Assembly: GCA_016188145.1 (NCBI GenBank)
Contig: JACPIJ010000060.1
Location: 1-51,699 of the forward strand
Reading direction: 5' to 3'
Length of the DNA: 51,699 nucleotides
Origin: Candidatus Woesearchaeota archaeon
GTDB taxonomy: Archaea > Nanobdellota > Nanobdellia > Woesearchaeales > UBA10216
Part shown: positions 9,774 through 17,429 of the stretch, in pieces
Layout: each line of letters begins with the position of its first letter
Position numbering within the stretch: position 1 is the stretch's first letter
Translations under genes and position numbers: made by a program
Notes under the pieces: generated by a model
The model's database searches: none
What the model was told of the DNA's origin: nothing
Seen by the model: only the letters and a program-made list of their open reading frames with translations

Positions 9774-9854
9774 GTTTTTTGATTGACCTTTCCACATCGT
9801 CTTTTGACGATGGGACCCGTCGTGCTTGCACGACGTGGTTTAGAAAAAAGGTCA
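9774..9854 (-). repeat. dispersed hairpin repeat, copy C (long form)
   Basis: Minus strand TGACCTTTTTTCTAAA-CCA-CGTCGTGC(AA)GCACGACG-GGTCC-CATCGTC(AAAA)GACGATG-TGG-AAAGGTCA-ATCAAAAAC. Its first TGA is the stop codon of the reductase gene. Confidence 0.88.
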
Positions 9855-11060
9855 GAACCACGCTTTTTTAGCGAAGAGCAGCAGCTTTGGCTCTCTCATC
9901 AAAAGCTTGAGCGCAAATCTTGACGGCTGGTCGCGGTCGTAGCTTTCAAGAATAGCTTTGTTCTTTTCCCTGGCGAAAGTTTCAACAAGCCTGTTGTAAT
10001 CCTCGTTGCTGAACCTTTCCATTGCCTTTCTCATGAGGAGTGAGAGGTACAGGTCCATCCCCATTCTCTTCTTCCACAGCTTTTCATAATCGGCATTTTT
10101 CGTTATCGCCTCCGCCACCGCCTCTGCCCCGATCAGGCTTTGGTTTATCCCTCCGAGCGTTGGCGCTTTCACCATTGTTGCCGCATCCCCAACAAGCAGC
10201 ACCCTGCCGTCCTTTGTTTTTGACTTTAGCCTTGGGTCATACAGTGGTATTGGGCCGGCCTGCCTACCTGCTATCTTCTTCTCGTAATCCTTGCCGGCCA
10301 CAGCTGTCAGGAACCGCTTGAAGTATTGGCTGGCTTCTTTTTTCGCGGCAATACCCACTCTTGCAATTTTCTCATTCTCGGGCACAACCCAGGCTATGCC
10401 TTCCTCGCTTGGGTAGAAGTCAATGATGTTATCGTTTTCAACCGGTATGGTTGCCTGCAGCCCGACGTAGAACTGCCTGTTTCCAAACAAGCCCGCAGAT
10501 TTTGCAACCGCGCTTATGGGCCCGTCAGCACCAACCAAATAATTGGCTTCGACGGTTTTTGTTTCGTTTTTTATTTTGTCTTTCACAGCAACCATTACTT
10601 TTCTCGTTTCCCAATTCGCTTTCGAGCGAATGGGCCCAATCGGGCTCTTCCCGATTTGTGTTTCTTTTTCACTGCCGCTGCCGCCATTATTGCCATCTTC
10701 AAACGTTTCAAACGTGTGGTTGGCAAAGAATTTTGCCCCTGCGTCTTTAGCCAATTCAGAAATGTGCCTGTCAAGCCCTGCCCTGTCTATAATAATGTCG
10801 TTCTTCAGCTTGACCTCAACAAATTCCTTATTTGGCGCAATTATCCTCGCCTTTGCAATCCTGTTGACAATTAATTCCTTCGGCAATTGCAGCCGTTGTG
10901 AAAGGACATCGCCGGTTATGACCCCTGTGCAGGCTACCGGTTCCCCTATCGTTCCATGCTCCTCAAACACCCGCACGTCCATCCCTGCTTTCGCAAGAAG
11001 GTAGGCTGAAAATCCGCCAGCTGGCCCTGCGCCAGCAATCGCTATTTTTTTGCTTTCCAT
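9852..11060 (-). CDS. geranylgeranyl reductase family FAD-dependent oxidoreductase
   Basis: Motifs IAGAGPAG, ACTG, IDRAGLD, VGADGP, AWVVP, LVGDAA and GGI. Start probably ATG 11060. Confidence 0.9.
   Translation of the reverse strand: MESKKIAIAGAGPAGGFSAYLLAKAGMDVRVFEEHGTIGEPVACTGVITGDVLSQRLQLPKELIVNRIAKARIIAPNKEFVEVKLKNDIIIDRAGLDRHISELAKDAGAKFFANHTFETFEDGNNGGSGSEKETQIGKSPIGPIRSKANWETRKVMVAVKDKIKNETKTVEANYLVGADGPISAVAKSAGLFGNRQFYVGLQATIPVENDNIIDFYPSEEGIAWVVPENEKIARVGIAAKKEASQYFKRFLTAVAGKDYEKKIAGRQAGPIPLYDPRLKSKTKDGRVLLVGDAATMVKAPTLGGINQSLIGAEAVAEAITKNADYEKLWKKRMGMDLYLSLLMRKAMERFSNEDYNRLVETFAREKNKAILESYDRDQPSRFALKLLMREPKLLLFAKKAWF
10606..10664. repeat. twin-hairpin micro-insertion inside the reductase CDS
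   Basis: ATTCGCT(TTCG)AGCGAAT-GGGCCC-AATCGGG(CTCTT)CCCGATT flanked by GTTTC direct repeats 54 bp apart. Confidence 0.75.
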
Positions 11061-11236
11061 ATTTCCATCTCCGTTGCTGCCATGCACCGCATGCAGTTTT
11101 TAATTGTTGCTGCATTTGTTGCCGCGGCCATTACGGCCTGTCGTGTTTCTATTCTAAAGTAGCGTCACTTGCAAAAACTTTAAATAATAGGTCATCCTTC
11201 GGCGTTTTTAACAGCTGTTGCTGGGGGGTTCAAAAA

Positions 11237-11599
11237 ATGGCGTCGTTCAGGCTTTTCTTCATTTCAGCGGTTCTTCTTATTGCCATCATCTCGGTCTCGG
11301 CGAATGCTGCGGCAGCCGAAAAAGCAGTCAAAATCACCAAGGTTTCGGCAGTCCAGGACTCCGAAGCGCTCGTTATTGTAAGCCTTGACTCGCAAAGGAA
11401 AAACACCGGTTCAAAGGTAACGGTTTCTGTTCCTGAGCTTGGATTAAGGGCCAGCCGCAATGTTGACTTTGCCAAGACAAACAAAAAGACAGTCCACCTT
11501 GAGATTCCTTCGCCAGACATGTTCGACCCCTACGTCAGGATAGTTTTTAGCAGCGACGGCGGCAAGAGGGTCAAGCACAGGCCGTTAATCCTGCAATAA
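11237..11599 (+). CDS. small secreted protein
   Basis: Signal peptide and beta-rich sequence; shares a VSVPELG motif with the downstream surface protein (VSIPELG). Confidence 0.75.
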   Translation: MASFRLFFISAVLLIAIISVSANAAAAEKAVKITKVSAVQDSEALVIVSLDSQRKNTGSKVTVSVPELGLRASRNVDFAKTNKKTVHLEIPSPDMFDPYVRIVFSSDGGKRVKHRPLILQ

Positions 11600-11629
11600 T
11601 TTGACACCACTATATTTGACACCACTATA
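11600..11629. repeat. 15-bp tandem direct repeat
   Basis: TTTGACACCACTATA twice. Confidence 0.8.
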
Positions 11630-11765
11630 TAATAGATAACAAAAGTAACTACTCTTATATGCTAAAATAGCGAAATGTTTATATAGAAGCTTCGTTTATC
11701 GGAGAAAGCATAACGCATAATTTTGTGCTAATTCAGTAGGAAATGACAGTTGGGGTGGTTTGAAA

Positions 11766-13391
11766 ATGAATATGTCCAAGAGTGTGTTTGTTGTTCTTTT
11801 GATGTCGATTGTCAGCATGCTTGTTCTGGCTTCGTCAGCACTCGCTGCCGCTCCAAAGGTTTCTTTTTCCGGCGTTCCGTCAAATGTTGTTGCCGGAACC
11901 ACGTTTGATGTAACGGTTTCAGCCGCAAACGACACTACTGCAAATCAGTTCATGCAGGTGATTACAGTGGCAAGCGACCTTGGCTGGTCAGTTTCACCCC
12001 AGTCAGTCAACTGCGGCTCTGTGCTTTCATGTGTTGCCAAATTCACCGTAACAGTTCCTTCTGGCGCAACTGTCAACCAGAAGTCAAAGCTGACTGCGCA
12101 GGTAACTACGAGCACCAGCGAGTCCGGCTCTGCAATTTCAGGGGATACAGTAGTTTCAGGCGCTCCATCGCTCGGCAACGGGGTGCCTGTCAGTGTTGAT
12201 GCTGTTGAGGTTGATAACTTCGAGCTTTCCTCTTCAGACACAAATGTCCGCGACCTGGAAAGGGGCGAGGAGTTCACGCTTAAGGTCAAGCTTACAGCAC
12301 TGGCGAATGCCAAGGACGTTGAGATAAGGGCTTTCGTTACAGGATTTGAGTTTGCAAAGAGCGAGCCAATAAGCGACTCGACAAGCCCATTCGACGTTGA
12401 GAAGGGAGTCAGCTATGTTAAAACGTTAAAGCTCAGGCTGCCTGACAGGGTTCAGGAGGACACATACAGAATAAGGGTAGTGGTTGGCGGCAGAGACAAC
12501 GATGAGCTTGTCGAAAACTTCAGGATAAAGGTAACCCCGTCAGCCCACGAGGTTGTTATCAAGGACCTTAGCGTCAACCCTGAGGACGTTATCCAGGCCG
12601 GAAGGGCTGTCCTGGCGACTGTCAGGGTGAAGAACCTTGGCGATAAGACGGAAAGGGACGTCAAGATCAGGGTCAGCATTCCTGAACTCGGTGTTACGGC
12701 AACTCCGGACTTCGTGGATGAGCTGAAGTCAGAGGATTCCGCAACTTCAGAGGAGTTTTTCCTCAGGATTGACCCGTGCGCAAAGCCGGGAACTTACGAT
12801 GTCAAGGCCGAAGTCACCTTTGAAGAGGGCGACAAGACGGTAACTGCAAAAGAGCAACTGACTGTCACAAAAGGCCCATGCGAAGCTCCGGCAGGCCCTG
12901 CATCTGTCTCGGCAGGCGGCGTTAAGATAGCTTACAGCGCTGAGCCGCAGAATGTTGAGGCTGGCGGCGCGGCTGTTGCATACCCAATAACGATTGTGAA
13001 CGAGGGCTCGGAAACAAAGAGCTACAGCCTGTCTGTAGCCGGCTCTGACTGGGCAACTGTCAAGCTCAGCCCAGGCAACATGGTCACCGTGAAGGGCGGT
13101 GACAGCCAGACTGTTTACGTGTTTGTTTCAGCCAAGGCAGGAAGCTCCGGCGGGCAGACGTTCGTAGTCAGGATCAAGGACCAGGCAGGCGACGTTGTGA
13201 AAGAGCTTCCATTGTCTGCTAATGTTGTAGCAGCAGGCGCTGGTGGCGCAGGTGCTGCCAGCCTTGCCCAGCTGTTGCAGCTTGGCCTGATTGCCCTGAT
13301 AGTCGTGCTGGTCATAGTTGGACTGGTCATGGCCTTCAGGAGAATGAAGGGCCCGGGCGAGGGCGGGGAAGGAAGCCAGACTTACTACTAA
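11766..13391 (+). CDS. S-layer-like surface protein with Ig-like/CARDB domains
   Basis: Signal peptide, several beta-sandwich repeats (VKNLGD...DVKIRVSIPELG), C-terminal TM helix and a short tail ending TYY. Confidence 0.75.
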   Translation: MNMSKSVFVVLLMSIVSMLVLASSALAAAPKVSFSGVPSNVVAGTTFDVTVSAANDTTANQFMQVITVASDLGWSVSPQSVNCGSVLSCVAKFTVTVPSGATVNQKSKLTAQVTTSTSESGSAISGDTVVSGAPSLGNGVPVSVDAVEVDNFELSSSDTNVRDLERGEEFTLKVKLTALANAKDVEIRAFVTGFEFAKSEPISDSTSPFDVEKGVSYVKTLKLRLPDRVQEDTYRIRVVVGGRDNDELVENFRIKVTPSAHEVVIKDLSVNPEDVIQAGRAVLATVRVKNLGDKTERDVKIRVSIPELGVTATPDFVDELKSEDSATSEEFFLRIDPCAKPGTYDVKAEVTFEEGDKTVTAKEQLTVTKGPCEAPAGPASVSAGGVKIAYSAEPQNVEAGGAAVAYPITIVNEGSETKSYSLSVAGSDWATVKLSPGNMVTVKGGDSQTVYVFVSAKAGSSGGQTFVVRIKDQAGDVVKELPLSANVVAAGAGGAGAASLAQLLQLGLIALIVVLVIVGLVMAFRRMKGPGEGGEGSQTYY

Positions 13392-13394
13392 GCC

Positions 13395-13432
13395 CTTTTC
13401 TTTTTTCTTTTCTTTATTTTCTCTTTTTATTT
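13395..13432 (+). terminator. oligo-T terminator
   Basis: Long T-rich tract immediately after the stop codon. Confidence 0.65.
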
Positions 13433-13555
13433 AGTTTCAAGCCAGTTTGAAAATTATAAACTGTTCCACCTGTTCCACAAAACCTTTAAATAATGGAACC
13501 TATTCTAAAGTAGTAACTGATTTTGTAGACTTTGGATTAAATTTTTTTTCGTAAA

Positions 13556-14803
13556 ATGGTCATGGGGAGGACTTGGATGAAACGTGCTAACACAGGCGTT
13601 TTTGCGGCATTCCTTCTTGTTTTCTTGTTTTTGTTAGTCACTGTTATCCCTCTTCTGCTGCTCCTCTTCTCTTACGGCTTTTTGCAACTACCTAAGCTGA
13701 CTTACTATAACATCACAATCGCAGCCACCACAGGGCTTTTCATTATTCCCGTTTTCCTTGTTTTCCTCGCAGCAGTCATTGCTCTAGCAGCGAAAAGAAA
13801 AGGGGCAGCCGTTGCTGCTGGCTTAAAACCAAGGCGGGAACCTGAGCCTTATCCCTGGGAAAGTGTCTTCGGGGCAGCAGGGAAGGAGGATTTCAAGGCA
13901 GTAAAGGTAACTGCGAAAACAGCTTTTACCAGTCCTAAACCTAGCGTAACTGTCCTGGCTGTTGCTGCCGTTATTGTGGCAGCGACTGTTGTTTTCTTTG
14001 TAATGGTGGTGCCAACAGCAAAGGACGTGTTCACAGGAGGTGGCAAAGGCTCAAATTTGACTGTCCTGGCGAACTTAAGCGCTGGCATCTCAGATAACGT
14101 CGTGAAAAATGAAAGCGCAAGCTCGCTTTTCCAGTTTTTTAAGGCAAAATTAAGTAATTTAAGAAAAACAAACATGACTGGCCTGGCAGAAGAGGCAAGG
14201 ATAGCCGAAGCAAAAAAGCTGGCTGAACTGGAAAAGGCAAAGCAAAAGCAGGAAAAGGAAGCAAAGCAGAAGGAACAAAAGGCTTCATCTTTTTCAGCTT
14301 TGGCAGCGAAATTCAATGCTGTTAAGGCTGCAGCAGTGAAGGTGTCTGCGTTTTGGCCTTATGCCCTTGCCGGGATTAGCATGCTGGTGATGCTTGCTGG
14401 TGGTTTTTATTTTTACAGGGCAAAAAAGGTTAAGCCCGCTGCGGAATGGGTCAGAACATGCGTGGCTGACTCTGCCGGCTGGCTTGCCGTGCTTTTTTCT
14501 GACGTGAAAAGAAACGGCCTGAAGCTTCTGATAATTGCAGCTGTGGTTTTGGCTGCAGCCTTGGCTTTCGTGTTCAGAAGCTGGCTTAAGGCCAAATTGC
14601 CGGCTTTTTCCAAAGTTGCCGTGCCTGTTCTTGCGGCTATCCGCGAATCAGCCATTAGCTTTTTTTACGCGGCAAGAAACTTTCTTCTGGCTTACAGGAT
14701 TTACATCCTGATTGGCATAGCTGTGCTTCTGGTGATTTTTGGGATTCTTTTTGTGCTTGAACGCAAAGGGAAAGAAGCAGGAACACCCAAATCAAAAACC
14801 TAG
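13556..14803 (+). CDS. membrane protein of unknown function
   Basis: About six TM segments and a charged coiled-coil stretch. Confidence 0.7.
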   Translation: MVMGRTWMKRANTGVFAAFLLVFLFLLVTVIPLLLLLFSYGFLQLPKLTYYNITIAATTGLFIIPVFLVFLAAVIALAAKRKGAAVAAGLKPRREPEPYPWESVFGAAGKEDFKAVKVTAKTAFTSPKPSVTVLAVAAVIVAATVVFFVMVVPTAKDVFTGGGKGSNLTVLANLSAGISDNVVKNESASSLFQFFKAKLSNLRKTNMTGLAEEARIAEAKKLAELEKAKQKQEKEAKQKEQKASSFSALAAKFNAVKAAAVKVSAFWPYALAGISMLVMLAGGFYFYRAKKVKPAAEWVRTCVADSAGWLAVLFSDVKRNGLKLLIIAAVVLAAALAFVFRSWLKAKLPAFSKVAVPVLAAIRESAISFFYAARNFLLAYRIYILIGIAVLLVIFGILFVLERKGKEAGTPKSKT

Positions 14804-15954
14804 CCTGCAATGGCCTTGGCTGCAGTAATCACGGCATAGATTATCCCGAACAGGAACATAAATGCAAGAGCAATTGCCACAAGCCTTGGCATGTTGATTG
14901 CGTATTCCGGTTTTACCTCAGCCTTTTTCTTCTTCGCGGCAATATGCATTGCTACCAGCAGGATTCCTTCTATGCCGCCAGCCACTGCACCTGCAACTCC
15001 CAGCACGGCAATGAAGTTCTTCAAGCCGAGAAGGAAAGCCAGCAGGGGGATGAAGCATGTCAGTGCCCACGCGGTCTTCCTTTTAAGCCTGTAGTCATAA
15101 ACGTACATCTCCTTTAGCGCAAGCCCAAGTGCTATGAACGAAGTGCTCATTGCCAGCACTGCAAAAAGGTTTGCGAACAGAATCATTCTTTCCCCAAGCA
15201 TTTTGCCAATGGTTACAGTTGCCAGCTGGCCTGTTGCTGCGCCGCTTATTCCAACAACAGCCACAGCAAAGAGCGAATAAAGCACTATGGGCACAAGCCC
15301 TCCCAATATTATTGCCCTTTTGAGAAGCTTTCTGGCTTTTCCGCTTCCGAGCTCTTCCCTCATTTCTGGTATGGCAACCGCTCCCAGAAAGGCAAATAGC
15401 ACGACACCATACGGCACAAACAGGTTTTGTATGCTTGTTCCAGTGAAGTTCGCCGCAGAGAACCTGCCTGAGTTTGCAGCGACTACTATTATAATAGATA
15501 TAACGGCAATGGTTAAAAAAGACAGCAGCAGCTCGGATTCCTCAACAGCCTTCAGCCCGAAGTATACTATTGCCGAGGCAGCTGCAAAAAAGATAATGCT
15601 CCAGAAAAATGGCGTGAGCTGGGGGTTTATGGCGTTAAGGGCATTCCCCGCTCCTATAATGTAGGCGAGCAGGGCTCCGTAGATGCCAAAAACCATTGCA
15701 AGCGCCATGAGCCTCTTGCCATTCTTGCCAAGATATTTTTCCGCATAGCCTGTCAGCTGGTGGTTTCCTTTGGTTCTAAGCACCACCTCCCCAAGCAGCA
15801 GGTTGACCAGCATCACGGCAGCGCCTATTATAATAATGTGCAGCAGCCCAACAGCCAAGCCTGACTTGGCAACAACATATGGTATGCCCAGCACACCGGC
15901 TCCGATTGTGGTGCCGACAAGCGTTGCGACTGCCTCAAGGAACCTCTTTTTCAT
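14800..15954 (-). CDS. aromatic amino acid permease family (Mtr/TyrP-like) transporter
   Basis: GTTIGAGVLGIPY, YGALLAY and TSFIALG motifs; about 11 TM segments. Confidence 0.88.
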   Translation of the reverse strand: MKKRFLEAVATLVGTTIGAGVLGIPYVVAKSGLAVGLLHIIIIGAAVMLVNLLLGEVVLRTKGNHQLTGYAEKYLGKNGKRLMALAMVFGIYGALLAYIIGAGNALNAINPQLTPFFWSIIFFAAASAIVYFGLKAVEESELLLSFLTIAVISIIIVVAANSGRFSAANFTGTSIQNLFVPYGVVLFAFLGAVAIPEMREELGSGKARKLLKRAIILGGLVPIVLYSLFAVAVVGISGAATGQLATVTIGKMLGERMILFANLFAVLAMSTSFIALGLALKEMYVYDYRLKRKTAWALTCFIPLLAFLLGLKNFIAVLGVAGAVAGGIEGILLVAMHIAAKKKKAEVKPEYAINMPRLVAIALAFMFLFGIIYAVITAAKAIAG

Positions 15955-15976
15955 ACATTATTACCCGCATCTAAAC

Positions 15977-15985
15977 ATTTAAATA
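15977..15985. promoter_or_regulatory. palindromic TATA box shared by the divergent permease and tRNA-Trp genes
   Basis: ATTTAAATA about 25 bp from both the permease ATG and tRNA position 1. Confidence 0.55.
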
Positions 15986-16088
15986 TGTTGCTGCAAAGCC
16001 TTAAATCCTGTGGGGATGTAGTATAAACACCCGCGGCTCTTGAGTAGTGCTGCGGGATGGTACAGCCCGGCATTATGGGGGCCTCCAG

Positions 16089-16144
16089 CGATTGGAGAAC
16101 TGAGCCAACGGCAAACCGAAGGCGATGACCGACCCATAGTAGAA
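16089..16144 (+). ncRNA. intron-encoded box C/D guide RNA (predicted Cm34 guide)
   Basis: Guide TTGGAG, D-type box CTGA (16100-16103), a GCC/GGC stem and C-type box GCGATGA. The fifth nucleotide upstream of CTGA pairs with C34. Confidence 0.7.
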
Positions 16145-16165
16145 AGCCTCGGATCTGGGTTCAAA

Positions 16166-16202
16166 TGACCTTTTTTTTGCGAAAAATGTCAATCAAAAAA
16201 CG
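16166..16202 (+). repeat. dispersed hairpin repeat, copy D (inside tRNA-Trp intron 3)
   Basis: TGACCTTTTTTTTGCGAAAAATGTCAATCAAAAAACG aligns with copy F TGACCTTTTTAGAAAAAAGGTCAATCAAAAACG. Confidence 0.8.
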
Positions 16203-16282
16203 CAAGAAGGCTGAAGGTCCCAGCATCCCCACCTTTTTTTCCAAAAAGCTTATATAGTGCTTTTGCCTTTACAAAGTTCAGC

Positions 16283-16414
16283 ATGAAAACAGTAACGGTA
16301 TCAGAAGAGGAGTACAAACGTTTGAAAGAGAAGGAGAAGGTAGATTCCGAAATCCTAGAGGACATAGCACGAGGAGTTAAAGACATATTGACTGGCAAGG
16401 TCAAGGAGATTTAA
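16283..16414 (+). CDS. small putative antitoxin (43 aa)
   Basis: MKTVTVSEEEYKRLKEKEKVDSEILEDIARGVKDILTGKVKEI, preceded by a CTTATATA box. Confidence 0.65.
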   Translation: MKTVTVSEEEYKRLKEKEKVDSEILEDIARGVKDILTGKVKEI

Positions 16415-16526
16415 GGTCCCTAACCAGTTTTTCAATTAGTTCTCTGTAAACATCACGTGCCTTTTCTGAACCGTCAAGCTTGGAGAGCTTTTTCTCGTAC
16501 CAATCTGACCTGAACACCCTGAACAT
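16401..16526 (-). pseudogene. internally deleted RelE/ParE-like toxin remnant
   Basis: MFRVFRSDWYEKKLSKLDGSEKAR resembles a RelE-like N-terminus fused directly to DVYRELIEKL; only 41 aa, convergent with the putative antitoxin. Confidence 0.5.
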
Positions 16527-16657
16527 ACAATGTAAAACTTCTCCCGTGTTTAAAAACATTGCTCGCTTGGGCGCAGCAAGCCCCTTAATTTACAGTATCG
16601 GGCTCCGAATCCAAAAAGCTTAATAAGCACCTCATAAGTCCGCCTTCCTGATATTCT

Positions 16658-17059
16658 ATGCCCGTAAAGAACGTTACCAGGAATACGATAATAGCTTCGC
16701 GTTCAAAGATTGCTGACTCGGCATTGGGGCGTGCTGTAGGCTTAATGTTTTCAAAGCCAACCCAGGCAGCCATGGTCCTCAAGTTTGCAAAAGAAACGCC
16801 AATAAGCCTGCACACGTTTTTTGTTTTTTTCCCGATAGACATCATCCTTGCCGATAGTGCACTGCGCGTTGTGGGCATTGTCAAGGGCATGCCTCCGTTC
16901 AGCACTTACTCTGCAGACCAGAAAGCAAAGTTTGTGGTAGAGGTTCCCAGTGGCACCAGAGCTAAAAGCAAAACGAGAGTCGGGGACAGGCTCACCTTCC
17001 TCCGGATTGTCGAAAAGAGGTTTGCCAACGGCAGGCGCATAACTGTGAGCAGGGCCTGA
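16658..17059 (+). CDS. DUF192 (UPF0127) family protein
   Basis: Motifs RAVGLMF, LHTFFVFFPIDII, VVEVPSG and VGDRL. Confidence 0.88.
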   Translation: MPVKNVTRNTIIASRSKIADSALGRAVGLMFSKPTQAAMVLKFAKETPISLHTFFVFFPIDIILADSALRVVGIVKGMPPFSTYSADQKAKFVVEVPSGTRAKSKTRVGDRLTFLRIVEKRFANGRRITVSRA

Positions 17060-17429
17060 CACTCACAAATCTGCTGTTGCCATTTCAGTTTTGACCGGAT
17101 TGATGCGTAACTTGGCCAAAATTATCATAACTCATCATACTCGTCTTAACTTTAAAGAGGTTACAACAATTTAAATATAGACCTTCTCAACTGTTCCAAC
17201 TGGATTTGAAGGGGGTGCGTGCGCGTTATTGGCAAACGTAGCGAACATAATGGCAACAGGAGAGAAATTAAGTCATATTTTAGCACGTATTCACGCCTTT
17301 TCCAAAAAGTTTAAATACAACCTAACCAAAAGTGAGTTCCATACTCCCAGTCATACTATTATCGGCCATCGGAATTGTGTGGCTGTGCAGTTTGAGTGGT
17401 GTCAGGAGTTAAAATCGAGGTGTTGAGGC

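Larger units (their letters stand above)
16012..16231 (+). tRNA. tRNA-Trp(CCA) with three introns (15/16, 37/38, 59/60)
   Basis: Exons 16012-16026, 16066-16088, 16145-16165 and 16218-16231 join into a complete cloverleaf: acceptor GGGGATG/CATCCCC, anticodon arm GGGGC-CTCCAGA-GCCTC, T arm CTGGG-TTCAAAT-CCCAG, and an A15-U48 pair. Each junction has a BHB-type motif. Confidence 0.88.

Noticed and set aside
15979..16164. 61-aa minus-strand ORF
   Set aside because: It is antisense to tRNA-Trp.
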